From: Deltaproteobacteria bacterium
Lineage (GTDB): Bacteria > Desulfobacterota > Deferrimicrobia > Deferrimicrobiales > Deferrimicrobiaceae
NCBI GenBank assembly: GCA_037439645.1
Contig: JBBIVQ010000008.1
Location: 6,693 to 70,692, forward strand
Reading direction: 5' to 3'
Length of the DNA stretch: 64,000 nt
Part shown: piece after piece, positions 1 through 8,656 of the stretch
How the letters are laid out: each line of letters starts with the position of its first letter
Position numbering within the stretch: position 1 is the stretch's first letter
Notes under the pieces: model-generated
The model's database searches: none
What the model saw: the letters and a program-made list of their open reading frames with translations, nothing else
Told to the model about the DNA's origin: nothing
Position numbers and translations under genes: made by a program

Positions 1-1135
1 GGCAGAAATCGATCCCGGCGTGCGGCCGGAACATCTCGAAGAGGCGTCGGACCGCTTCCCTGTCGCGCAGCGCGGCGCCGGACACGTCGACCAGGATGTA
101 TCCGGCTCCGAAGCAGGTCGACACCGCCCGTGAAAGCGTATCGCCGTCCGTCGCGTGGAGCACCGGGATTCCCATGGGGCGCTGGAGCGATTCGTAGAGG
201 AAATCCGTTCCGTCCCCGGTACCGTCCACCGTGATGACGGCGATGCGGATCCCATGGCCGGCGAGCATCCGGGCGGTCCGGCGGACCGTTTCCGTTTTTC
301 CGGATCCCGGGGGCCCCACGAAGGCGAGGATCCTCGGGCCGGTCCTCCTCGGGGACGGGAGATTTTCCGCACGGATCGCCGCTTCGATGACGACCCCCGC
401 CTCCCGGCAGATCTCTTCGTCGGTGACGCGGTCTTGCCCGGGACGGCGGGCGAGCGCCGCCTTGCGGATCCGGTCACGGAGGGCGGGTTCGACCCCCTGG
501 GCGGCGAGACGCCGCGTCAACCAGTCGATGTCGGATGCTCGGTTCTCGCGCCCTGTGCGCCCAGCCTCGTTCGCCGGGGCCGAAGGGGGCGCGGGTGCGG
601 AACCGTTTTTCAGCAGGTCGTGCAGGGAACGGACTTCGTTCGCGAGATCGTCCATCCGGTCTTTTCTCTTGCCGACGCCCTGTTTCGCCTGCTCCTCGGC
701 GATCCTCGCAAGGAATCCCTTCAGGCTCCGGATCTCCTCCTTCAGCGGCAGGAGTTCCTTCTCGAAGGAGAGGAACGCCTCGAACGGCGCCGGAACCGGG
801 GGAGGGGTGTCGTTCGGTGCGGGCGCGCTCGCCGCGAGGGGTCGACCCCCGGCCGGCGCGACGACGGCGGTGGATTGCGCGTCCGGAGCCGTGCTCGATG
901 CCGCGACGGGGGCCCGGTACGCGGGGGGGATGAACCTCCGGGCGGAGGCGGGCGGAGGGACGACCGCGGACCGGTCCACCGCGGCGCTTACTTCGAAGAC
1001 CTCTTCGGTGAAGGCCCCGAGCCCTTTCCTCTGCTTCCTCCTGGTGGAGAGGATGAGCGCGTCCTCCCCGAGGGTCTTCCGGATTCTCGACAGGATATCG
1101 GACATGGACGCTCCTTCGAACTGCTTAATCTGCAT
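1..1135 (-). CDS. flhF: Flagellar biosynthesis SRP-family GTPase FlhF (3' end runs off the window; divergent G motifs)
   Basis: Not in the ORF track; translated by hand from the ATG at 1135. N-terminus MQIKQFEGASMSDILSRIRKTLGEDALILSTR is the typical FlhF B-domain start; P-loop GPPGSGKT; overlaps the flhA stop. Confidence 0.9.
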   Translation of the reverse strand, partial: MQIKQFEGASMSDILSRIRKTLGEDALILSTRRKQRKGLGAFTEEVFEVSAAVDRSAVVPPPASARRFIPPAYRAPVAASSTAPDAQSTAVVAPAGGRPLAASAPAPNDTPPPVPAPFEAFLSFEKELLPLKEEIRSLKGFLARIAEEQAKQGVGKRKDRMDDLANEVRSLHDLLKNGSAPAPPSAPANEAGRTGRENRASDIDWLTRRLAAQGVEPALRDRIRKAALARRPGQDRVTDEEICREAGVVIEAAIRAENLPSPRRTGPRILAFVGPPGSGKTETVRRTARMLAGHGIRIAVITVDGTGDGTDFLYESLQRPMGIPVLHATDGDTLSRAVSTCFGAGYILVDVSGAALRDREAVRRLFEMFRPHAGIDFC

Positions 1136-3224
1136 AGCTCAACCCCACGTTTCCCAGGGAGTGGATGGTGACGGACGGCGTGATCTCCTGGAACGAGAGA
1201 ACCACCAGGTCGGGCAGGTTGCGCTCGGTCAGCCGCTTCAGGTACGCGCGGATGGAGGGAGCGCAGAGTACGATCGGCTCGCAGCCGTTTTCCGCGCACT
1301 TCCGTACGCCGTCCGAGACGCGCTGCACGACCATCCTGGCCATCTGCGGCTCGAGCGACAGGTAGTTCCCCATCTCCGTCCGCTGGATGGCCCCCTCGAG
1401 GAGGTCCTCGAGCGGCTTGTCGAGCGAAACGACGTAGATCCTGTTCTCCGCCGTCTTGTACTGTTGCGTGATGACCGGCGCAAGCGACTGCCGCACGAAC
1501 TCCGTGAGGGTATCCGGGTCCTTCACCTGGTGTCCCGTGTTCCCCAACGTCTCGAGGACCGTGAGGAGGTCCCGGATCGGGACCTGCTCCCGAAGAAGGT
1601 TCTGAAGGACCCGCAGGACCGTTCCGAGGGGCAGGAGGGCCGGAACCACCTCTTCGACGACTTTCGGGTACCGCTCCTTGATCCCGTCGAGCAGCTTCTG
1701 GACGTCCTGCCGCGTGATGATCTCGTGGGAGTGCCGCTTGATGAGCTCGGTCAGGTGCGTGGCGACGACGGTCGTCGGGTCGACGACCGTATAGCCGGAC
1801 ATCTGCGCCGCCTGGCGGTCCCGCTCCTCGATCCATTTCGCGGGAAGTCCGAAGGCCGGTTCGAGGGTCGGTGCGCCGGGGATCTCGGCGGCGACCTGGC
1901 CGGGGTTGAGCGCGAGCAGCGATCCCGGGCGCGCCTCTCCCCGTGCGATCTCGACCCCCTTGATCCGGAAGGCGTACTCCTGCGGCTTCAGCTCGAGGTT
2001 GTCCCGGATGTGGACCGACGGGATGATGAACCCGCGGTCCAGCGCCATCTGCTTTCGCACGGCGCGGATCCGCTCCAGCAGGTCCCCGCCCTGCTCCGGG
2101 TCGACCAACGGGATCAGCCCGTACCCGATCTCGAGTTCCATCACGTCGAGGACGAGGGATTTCTCCAGCTTCTCCTCGCTGTCGGCGGCGGCGGGGGCCG
2201 TTTCGACTCCGGGCTCCTCCGGTTTCGCGGGTGCCGCGTTTCCGATCAGGTACGCGCCCACCCCGGTGAGGCCGGCGAGCACGAAGAAGGCGAAGTGCGG
2301 AAGCCCGGGGACCATCCCGAGCACCCCGAGAATGACGGAGGCGGTGGCGAGGGCCTTCGGCCGCATCAGCACCTGGCGGCCCAGGTCCGATCCGAGGTCG
2401 GATTCGGCGGCGGCGCGGGCGACGATCAGGCCGGCGGCGGTGCTGATGAGAAGCGCCGGGATCTGCGCGATGAGGCCGTCGCCGATCGTCAGGATCGTGT
2501 AGGTCTCCGCGGCGGTCTGCCAGTCGAGGCCCTGCTGGAATACGCCGATGAAGAACCCGCCGAGGATGTCGACGACGATGATGATGATCCCGGCGATCGC
2601 CTCGCCGCGGATGAACTTGCTCGCCCCGTCCATCGCGCCGCAGAAATCGGCCTCCTTCTCGATTTCGCGGCGGCGGCGGCGAGCCTCCTTCTCGTCGATG
2701 AAGCCGGCGTTCAGGTCGGCGTCGATGCTCATCTGCTTGCCGGGCATGGCGTCGAGGGTGAACCGGGCGGCGACCTCGGCGATTCGGCCGGATCCCTTCG
2801 TGATGACGACGAAGTTGATGACGACCAGGATGAGGAAGACGACGATCCCGACCGCGTAATTGCCTCCGACGACGAACTGTCCGAACGATTTGATGACCGC
2901 GCCCGCCGCGTCCGTCCCCTCGTTTCCGTGCAGGAGGATGAGCCTGGCCGAGGCGACGTTGAGGGCGAGCCGGTAGAGCGTGGACGTCAGGAGCACGGAG
3001 GGGAAGACGGAGAACTCGAGGGGCCGGATGATGTATACCGAAACGAGCAGGACGACGATGGAGATGGTGATGCTGAGCGAGAGGAAGATGTCGAGGAGTA
3101 CCGCCGGCAACGGGATGATCATCAGGAAGACGATCCCGACGATCCCCAGCGGGAGCGCAAGGTCCTTCGCTCCGACGGAGTTCGAGGCGGGCAGGGGTTC
3201 CGACAGGACAGGGGTCGTCGCCAC
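1125..3224 (-). CDS. flhA: Flagellar export gate protein FlhA
   Basis: N-terminal TM helices; RIAEVAARFTLDAMPGKQMSIDADLNAG and GAMDGASKF motifs; 699 aa. Confidence 0.99.
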   Translation of the reverse strand: MATTPVLSEPLPASNSVGAKDLALPLGIVGIVFLMIIPLPAVLLDIFLSLSITISIVVLLVSVYIIRPLEFSVFPSVLLTSTLYRLALNVASARLILLHGNEGTDAAGAVIKSFGQFVVGGNYAVGIVVFLILVVINFVVITKGSGRIAEVAARFTLDAMPGKQMSIDADLNAGFIDEKEARRRRREIEKEADFCGAMDGASKFIRGEAIAGIIIIVVDILGGFFIGVFQQGLDWQTAAETYTILTIGDGLIAQIPALLISTAAGLIVARAAAESDLGSDLGRQVLMRPKALATASVILGVLGMVPGLPHFAFFVLAGLTGVGAYLIGNAAPAKPEEPGVETAPAAADSEEKLEKSLVLDVMELEIGYGLIPLVDPEQGGDLLERIRAVRKQMALDRGFIIPSVHIRDNLELKPQEYAFRIKGVEIARGEARPGSLLALNPGQVAAEIPGAPTLEPAFGLPAKWIEERDRQAAQMSGYTVVDPTTVVATHLTELIKRHSHEIITRQDVQKLLDGIKERYPKVVEEVVPALLPLGTVLRVLQNLLREQVPIRDLLTVLETLGNTGHQVKDPDTLTEFVRQSLAPVITQQYKTAENRIYVVSLDKPLEDLLEGAIQRTEMGNYLSLEPQMARMVVQRVSDGVRKCAENGCEPIVLCAPSIRAYLKRLTERNLPDLVVLSFQEITPSVTIHSLGNVGLSYAD

Positions 3225-3236
3225 GGCGTCTTCCTC

Positions 3237-4301
3237 CTAAACGGCCAGGTCCCGGCGGCGGAGCCGGTACACGTAGGCGAGGACTTCCGCGACCGCCTGG
3301 TAGAGTTCGCACGGGATCTCCTGCCCTTCGTCCACGTCCCGGTAGAGTGTGCGGGCCAGGGGGGGCCGCTCGACCACGGGGACGCCCGATTCGGCGGCGA
3401 TCTCCCGGATCCGCAGGGCCATGAGGTCGGCGCCTTTCGCGACGACCCGGGGAGCGTCCGAAGAACCGCGTTCGTACCGCAGGGCGACGGCGAAGTGGGT
3501 CGGGTTCGTGATCACGACGTCCGCCTTCGGGACTTCCTCCATGATGCGGCGGCGGGCTTTTTCCCGCTGGATCGACCGGATCCTCGACTTGACGGCGGGG
3601 TCGCCTTCCTGCTGCCGGTACTCCTCCTTCACCTCCTGCTTCGTCATCCGGATCGACTTCTCGAACGACCACCACTGGAACGCGTAGTCCGCCGCGGCGA
3701 GGAGGAGGAGCAGCAGGCCGCATCGGAGCAGGATCGAACTCCCGATCCGCAGGAGATAGAGGACGATCTCTTCCGGATTTTTTTCCATGATTCCCGGGAG
3801 AAACGGGATTTCCCTGCGGATGACGCGCCAGGCGATGAACCCGATGATCGCGAACTTGACGACCGCCTTCGCGAGTTCCACGACGGACTGGGGGGAGAAC
3901 AGTTTCTTCATGCCGGCGACCGGGTCCAGCTTGTCGAAATTGGGGCGGAGGGGCTCCGTGGTGAAAAGGAACCCGGTCTGCGCGACGTTCGACGCCGTCG
4001 CGAACAGGACGGTCCCGGCGAACGTCGGAAGGAGCAGGATGCCGCCGCGCACGAACAGGTCGGTCAGCAAGGTGTGCACTCCGTCCACGGTGGCCACGCG
4101 GACGGCGGAGGCGGTGAGGAAGTCGTGGAACAGGCCGGTCAGACCGTCCATCATCCGCCCGGAGTCCAGGTACAGGATTCCGAACACTCCCAGCATGACC
4201 GCCACGGCCGGGATTTCCCGGCTCTTGGGGACGTTCCCCTTCTCCCGCTCCTCCGAGCGGCGTTTCGGGGTCGCGGATTCGGTTTTCGACGGGTCGGCCA
4301 T
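3237..4301 (-). CDS. flhB: Flagellar export switch protein FlhB
   Basis: KTESATPKR N-terminus, MTKQEVKEE..EGDP, NPTH autocleavage site. Confidence 0.99.
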   Translation of the reverse strand: MADPSKTESATPKRRSEEREKGNVPKSREIPAVAVMLGVFGILYLDSGRMMDGLTGLFHDFLTASAVRVATVDGVHTLLTDLFVRGGILLLPTFAGTVLFATASNVAQTGFLFTTEPLRPNFDKLDPVAGMKKLFSPQSVVELAKAVVKFAIIGFIAWRVIRREIPFLPGIMEKNPEEIVLYLLRIGSSILLRCGLLLLLLAAADYAFQWWSFEKSIRMTKQEVKEEYRQQEGDPAVKSRIRSIQREKARRRIMEEVPKADVVITNPTHFAVALRYERGSSDAPRVVAKGADLMALRIREIAAESGVPVVERPPLARTLYRDVDEGQEIPCELYQAVAEVLAYVYRLRRRDLAV

Positions 4302-4310
4302 CGCGCGCGC

Positions 4311-5084
4311 CTACCGTGCCACGCCGAGAACGGCGAGGAGTTCGCCGTTCAGCATGTCCACGAGGTGTTCGATCCCCGCGAGAAAGAAGGGGAGGGAAAG
4401 GATGAAGACGGACATCCCCGCGACGATGTTGATCGCGAAGCTCGAGAAGAAGACGTCGATCTGGGGCATGGTCCGGGAGAGGATCCCCAGCGCCACGGTG
4501 ATGAAGATCGTGACCGCGAGGACGGGCGCCGCCAGCGCGAGCCCGTAGCGGAAAATCCCGGTGCTCATCCGGAGCAGGCTCCCCGTTCTCGCTGCGTCGA
4601 CGGTGAAGGCCCCGAGGGGGAGGCTGTCGAAGGACCGCACGAGCGCGGCGATGAAGAGGTGGTGCGCGTCGCTCATCACGAAGACGAGCAGCGCCGTCAA
4701 CCCGAGCAGGGAGGAGAAGACCGACGTCTGCAGGTCTCCCTCCGGCGAAAGGACGTTCGCGATGGCGAATCCCATCTGGAGGCCGGCGATCTGCCCGCCC
4801 ATTTCCGCCGCCGCGAACAGGAGCGTGCCGATGAACCCGAGGAACCCCCCCAAAACGACCTCCGAGATGAGTGCGGGGAGGAAGGCCGCCGACTCGGGGG
4901 CCGGCCCGGAAACGGGGACGATCGGAAGGATCGCCGTCGTCACGAGAAGGGCGAGCAGGGTCCGGGTCACGGCCGGCACGCTCTTGTTCCCGAGGACGGG
5001 CGTGGCGAAGAGGAGCCCCGCCACCCTCGCGAAGGCGAGGATGAAGGTCCCGATCTGCGGCGGCGCGGGAACGGCGAGGTCCAT
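4311..5084 (-). CDS. fliR: Flagellar export protein FliR
   Basis: Hydrophobic; AAEMGGQIAGLQMGF and LSRTMPQIDVF motifs; start moved to the ATG at 5084 just after fliQ. Confidence 0.95.
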   Translation of the reverse strand: MDLAVPAPPQIGTFILAFARVAGLLFATPVLGNKSVPAVTRTLLALLVTTAILPIVPVSGPAPESAAFLPALISEVVLGGFLGFIGTLLFAAAEMGGQIAGLQMGFAIANVLSPEGDLQTSVFSSLLGLTALLVFVMSDAHHLFIAALVRSFDSLPLGAFTVDAARTGSLLRMSTGIFRYGLALAAPVLAVTIFITVALGILSRTMPQIDVFFSSFAINIVAGMSVFILSLPFFLAGIEHLVDMLNGELLAVLGVAR

Positions 5085-5086
5085 CG

Positions 5087-5356
5087 TCACCGCACCATCG
5101 TGGGAAGTCCCTCGAAGATCCATCGGGAGAAATCGAGGAAGGTGTTGGTGATCCATGGAAAGAAGAGGGCGAGCGCGAGGAAGACCGCGATGATCTTCGG
5201 GACGAAGACGAGGGTCATCTCCGAGATCGAGGTGACCGCCTGGAAGATGGAGACGCCGATCCCCACCACCAGCGCCGCCACGAGCATGGGGGCGGAGCAG
5301 GTGAGCACCACGAGGAGCGCCTTGCGCACGACCTCGGTGACGAAATCCTGGCTCAC
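5087..5356 (-). CDS. fliQ: Flagellar export protein FliQ
   Basis: SIFQAVTSISEMTLVFVPKI motif; 89 aa. Confidence 0.97.
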   Translation of the reverse strand: MSQDFVTEVVRKALLVVLTCSAPMLVAALVVGIGVSIFQAVTSISEMTLVFVPKIIAVFLALALFFPWITNTFLDFSRWIFEGLPTMVR

Positions 5357-5372
5357 GGCGTCACCCCCCCCT

Positions 5373-6134
5373 TCAGACCGCGAAACTTTTTATCAACGAG
5401 CCGACGACCAGGTTCCAGCCGTCGACCAGGACGAACAGCATGAGCTTGAACGGCAGCGAGATCATGATGGGGGGGAGCATCATCATCCCCATCGACATCA
5501 GGACGGAGGCCACCACCATGTCGATCACGAGGAACGGGATGTAGATCAGGAACCCCATCTGGAACGCCATCCGCAGTTCCGACAGGACGAACGCCGGGGT
5601 GAGCACCGTCATCCCCATCTCCCGGGCGTTCGCCGGGCGGGGGGCTTTCGACAGGCCCACCATCAGGGAAAGGTCCTTTTCGCGCGTGTTCGCCAGCATG
5701 AAGGTCTTCAGCGGAGCCGTTCCTTTTTCCCACGCCTGGTCCTGGGAGATCTGCCCCGCGAGGAACGGCTGGAAAGCGTCGTTGTTCACCTTGGTGATGA
5801 CCGGCGACATGACGAAAAAGGTCAGGAAGAGCGCCAGTCCGACGATCACCTGGTTCGGGGGCGCCTGCTGGGTCCCCATCGCCTGCCGCAGGAACGACAG
5901 GACGATGATGATCCGCGTGAACGAAGTGGTCATCATGAGGATCGAGGGGGCCAGCGACAGCACCGTGAAAAGGATCAGCACTTTCACCGACGTCGCGACC
6001 TCCGCCGGCTTCGTGGAGTCCGCCACGCCGATGTTGACGCTCGGGATCGGCAGCGGAGCGGCGCCGAGGGCGGCGGAAACCGGGAGCAGGAGGGCGATCC
6101 CCACCAGGAAGGGAACGAGCGAACGCGTGCGCAT
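5373..6134 (-). CDS. fliP: Flagellar export protein FliP
   Basis: MMTTSFTRIIIVL, QQAPPNQV, MGMMMLPP, LFVLVDGW motifs. Confidence 0.99.
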   Translation of the reverse strand: MRTRSLVPFLVGIALLLPVSAALGAAPLPIPSVNIGVADSTKPAEVATSVKVLILFTVLSLAPSILMMTTSFTRIIIVLSFLRQAMGTQQAPPNQVIVGLALFLTFFVMSPVITKVNNDAFQPFLAGQISQDQAWEKGTAPLKTFMLANTREKDLSLMVGLSKAPRPANAREMGMTVLTPAFVLSELRMAFQMGFLIYIPFLVIDMVVASVLMSMGMMMLPPIMISLPFKLMLFVLVDGWNLVVGSLIKSFAV

Positions 6135-6135
6135 C

Positions 6136-6522
6136 TTACGCCATCCCGTCCGTTCCCCCGAAGGGGACCTTGTCGATCACGGAGATCTTCGTCGGCGTGA
6201 GCCCGAGCAGGTACTTCGCGCCGAAGGCCTCGATCACCATGATCTGCGTCTTCGGGCCGGTCTGCCGGACCTCGACGATGGAAACGGACCTTCCGGAGTC
6301 CCGGCCCCTGGAGAAGCGGTCCAGGTACCGCTTCGAATAGCGGGCGAGGGCGAGGAGAATGCAGAGGACCAGTGCAAGGGCGAGCACCATCTTCAGCGCG
6401 GCCCACCACAACGAGGGGCCCTCCGACGCCGCGGGGGTGGCGGCCTGGGCGGCCGCCGCCTCCGCCATGACGGCGGCGGGGAAGGCGGGGAGTGCGGTGA
6501 GGACCGCTACGGTCCACTTCAT
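6136..6522 (-). CDS. fliO: FliO/FliZ-type export chaperone
   Basis: Signal-like N-terminus, one TM helix, then a beta domain (SIVEVRQTGPKTQIMVIEAFGAKYLLG); lies between fliN and fliP. Confidence 0.88.
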   Translation of the reverse strand: MKWTVAVLTALPAFPAAVMAEAAAAQAATPAASEGPSLWWAALKMVLALALVLCILLALARYSKRYLDRFSRGRDSGRSVSIVEVRQTGPKTQIMVIEAFGAKYLLGLTPTKISVIDKVPFGGTDGMA

Positions 6523-6836
6523 TTCAGGATTTCCACCCGTTCGCTGGTCGAGGCGACTTCCGTCAGCTTGATGCCGAACCGGTTGTTGACCACGACCACC
6601 TCGCCGCGTCCGATGAGCTTCCCGTTGATGTGGACGTCGAGCGGGTCATCGGACTGTTTCTCGAGTTCGAGGACCGACCCCATCCCCATCCGAAGGAGTT
6701 CTCCGAGTTCGACGTTCGCTTTCCCGAGTTCCACGACCACCTTGACGGGGATGTCCATCAGGAAGTCGATGTCCCGGGCGTACTCCTTCTTCGGTTGTTC
6801 CACGTTCTCTTCCGCCTTTGTCAGCGTGTCCGACAT
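6519..6836 (-). CDS. fliN: C-ring protein FliN
   Basis: SpoA domain: DIPVKVVVELG...GEVVVVNNRFGIKLTE. Confidence 0.97.
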   Translation of the reverse strand: MSDTLTKAEENVEQPKKEYARDIDFLMDIPVKVVVELGKANVELGELLRMGMGSVLELEKQSDDPLDVHINGKLIGRGEVVVVNNRFGIKLTEVASTSERVEILK

Positions 6837-6846
6837 GTCGGCTCCT

Positions 6847-7797
6847 TTACCTTGCGAGGATCTTCACGGCGCGCTTTCCGTTGGAAACTCCGGGTCGCCC
6901 GGTGAATTTCGGCTTTCCGTCCACAAGGAGCAGAACGGGCGTCGAGACCTCCCGGTCTGTTCCGACCACGTCGCCTGGCTTGAGGGCGAGGATCTCCCGG
7001 ACGGGAAGGTGCGCTTCTCCGAGGATCCCCGTGACCTCCACCGGGATGCCGTTCAGGCTCTCCCGGATCCGATCGGCGAGCAGGGCGGATTTCGTGTCCC
7101 GTTCGGCCGGGGCCGGCGCCGTCTTCAGCGGTTCGAGGAGCGCGAAGGGCAGTGCGATGGAAAAATCCCTGGAGAGGCCGCCATCGGCCTCCAGCCGGTA
7201 CGTCATCACGTAGAGCGGGTTCGTCGTCTCCCTCGAAGGAAGCATTTTCGGATTCGTTTCCACCTTCCCGAACGTGAGGCGCAACGGGGCGAACCGGCCC
7301 CATGCCTTGGAGATCTCCGCCGTGATTCCTTCGAGGATCCGGCGTACCAGGCGCACTTCGATGGGGGTGAACTCTTTTTCCTCGACCTCCTCGATCTTCC
7401 CCTCCCCCCCGAGCATCAGGTCGATGAGGGAGTACGCAAGGATCGGTGTGAGTGCGAGGAACAGGTTCCCGGGAGCCTCCTGCGCGGCGATCAACCCCAC
7501 GCAGGACGTCCCCCTGAAATTCGCGAGGAAGCCCGCCGACGTTTCGCTGTAGCAGGAGGACGGGGAGACCTTCACCTCGCGGCGCAGCGCTCCGGAGAGG
7601 TGAACGGCCACTCCCTTCGCGATCGCGCCCTGGATCGTCTCCATGACGACCTGTTGCGCGTCGGCGATCGGCCTGCTCGAATGGAAATCGAACGGCGTGT
7701 AGAACCCGGTCGGCGAGGCCGATGCCTCCCCGATCTCCCCCTTGTCGTACGCTTCGAGGAGGGCGTCCACCTCCTCCTGGGTCAGGATCTCCCGCAT
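6847..7797 (-). CDS. fliM: C-ring protein FliM
   Basis: N-terminal CheY-binding motif ILTQEEVDALL, IDLMLGG, C-terminal SpoA domain. Confidence 0.96.
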   Translation of the reverse strand: MREILTQEEVDALLEAYDKGEIGEASASPTGFYTPFDFHSSRPIADAQQVVMETIQGAIAKGVAVHLSGALRREVKVSPSSCYSETSAGFLANFRGTSCVGLIAAQEAPGNLFLALTPILAYSLIDLMLGGEGKIEEVEEKEFTPIEVRLVRRILEGITAEISKAWGRFAPLRLTFGKVETNPKMLPSRETTNPLYVMTYRLEADGGLSRDFSIALPFALLEPLKTAPAPAERDTKSALLADRIRESLNGIPVEVTGILGEAHLPVREILALKPGDVVGTDREVSTPVLLLVDGKPKFTGRPGVSNGKRAVKILAR

Positions 7798-7807
7798 GCC
7801 GGGACCG

Positions 7808-8374
7808 CTACTGGACCACGAGGTCCGTGAAATACACGCGCTTCACGGCACCCGGTTCCACGATCTTGCTGATCCGGTTCTGGATTTCGCTCTGGAGCGT
7901 GAGTTTACCGGCGACGGAGTGGATGTCTCCGTACGTCAGGCTGCTCATCAGAAGAATCATCGCGTCCCGGATCTGGGGGACGCGTTTTTCCGCGTCCTGC
8001 ACCGTCCGCGGGGCGTCGAATTCGAGCGTGATGCTGATTTTCAGGTACCGGTTGCTCTCGATGTCGGCGAGATTCAGGATGAACGGCTCGAGCGCGAACG
8101 TGAGGGGGCTGCCGCCTTTCCCGCCTTCCTTCCCTCCGTGTGCGCCTTCCTTTCCCCCGCCGTGACCTCCCTCCTTCTCCTGGACGGCGGCGTTGTCCTT
8201 CGCCGCGCCCTGCTTCGACGGGTTGAAGAAAAAGAAGAACGCGACGCCCACCGCCATGACCGCCGCGAGGCCGATACCGGCGTACAACAGGACTTTTTTC
8301 TTCTTCGGTTTCGCCGGCGCGGCCGATGTCCCTCCGCCTTCGGCCGATTTCTTCTTGTCGTCCTTGTCCGCCAT
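7808..8374 (-). CDS. fliL: Basal body-associated FliL
   Basis: Single TM helix; LEPFILNLAD..RYLK and PQIRDA motifs; VYFTDLVVQ C-terminus. Confidence 0.96.
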   Translation of the reverse strand: MADKDDKKKSAEGGGTSAAPAKPKKKKVLLYAGIGLAAVMAVGVAFFFFFNPSKQGAAKDNAAVQEKEGGHGGGKEGAHGGKEGGKGGSPLTFALEPFILNLADIESNRYLKISITLEFDAPRTVQDAEKRVPQIRDAMILLMSSLTYGDIHSVAGKLTLQSEIQNRISKIVEPGAVKRVYFTDLVVQ

Positions 8375-8415
8375 CTCGTCTCTCCTGATGTGCGAAGGTT
8401 TACGGGGAAGGACAT

Positions 8416-8431
8416 TTCAAGGGACGTGCCA
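8416..8431 (-). promoter_or_regulatory. Putative sigma54 promoter of the fliL operon (non-canonical -12)
   Basis: Minus strand TGGCACGTCCCTTGAA: perfect -24 (TGGCAC) and correct spacing, but GA instead of GC at -12. Confidence 0.6.
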
Positions 8432-8579
8432 TCTTCGGATTTCGAGGGGTTGCGTCGGGGCGCTACTGTAACTGTTAGGAATCATGGGGGAATCAACATG
8501 CTCTCCGGAAGGCCGGGGAGAAGGATTTTGCAGGGGGGAAGACGAGCCGTCAAGATTCCGTCAAGGCGCTTCCACCGAA

Positions 8580-8593
8580 GTCAGCCGATTGAC
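8580..8593. promoter_or_regulatory. Putative FleQ-type enhancer box
   Basis: Palindrome GTCAGCCGATTGAC (GTCA-N6-TGAC), about 150 bp upstream of the fliL sigma54 site; a second imperfect box lies at 8549-8562. Confidence 0.55.
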
Positions 8594-8656
8594 CCGGTCT
8601 CCGGCGATCGGGGGGCCCCTGGCGGGGACCCCCCGGGTCCGGTCGCCGCCGAACGC

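Noticed and set aside
231-6200. 1989-aa plus-strand ORF and other very long antisense ORFs (e.g. 15238-18381, 45702-48464, 52130-55264)
   Set aside because: They are shadows of real genes on the opposite strand. High GC3 codon usage removes antisense stop codons, and they show no recognisable domains.
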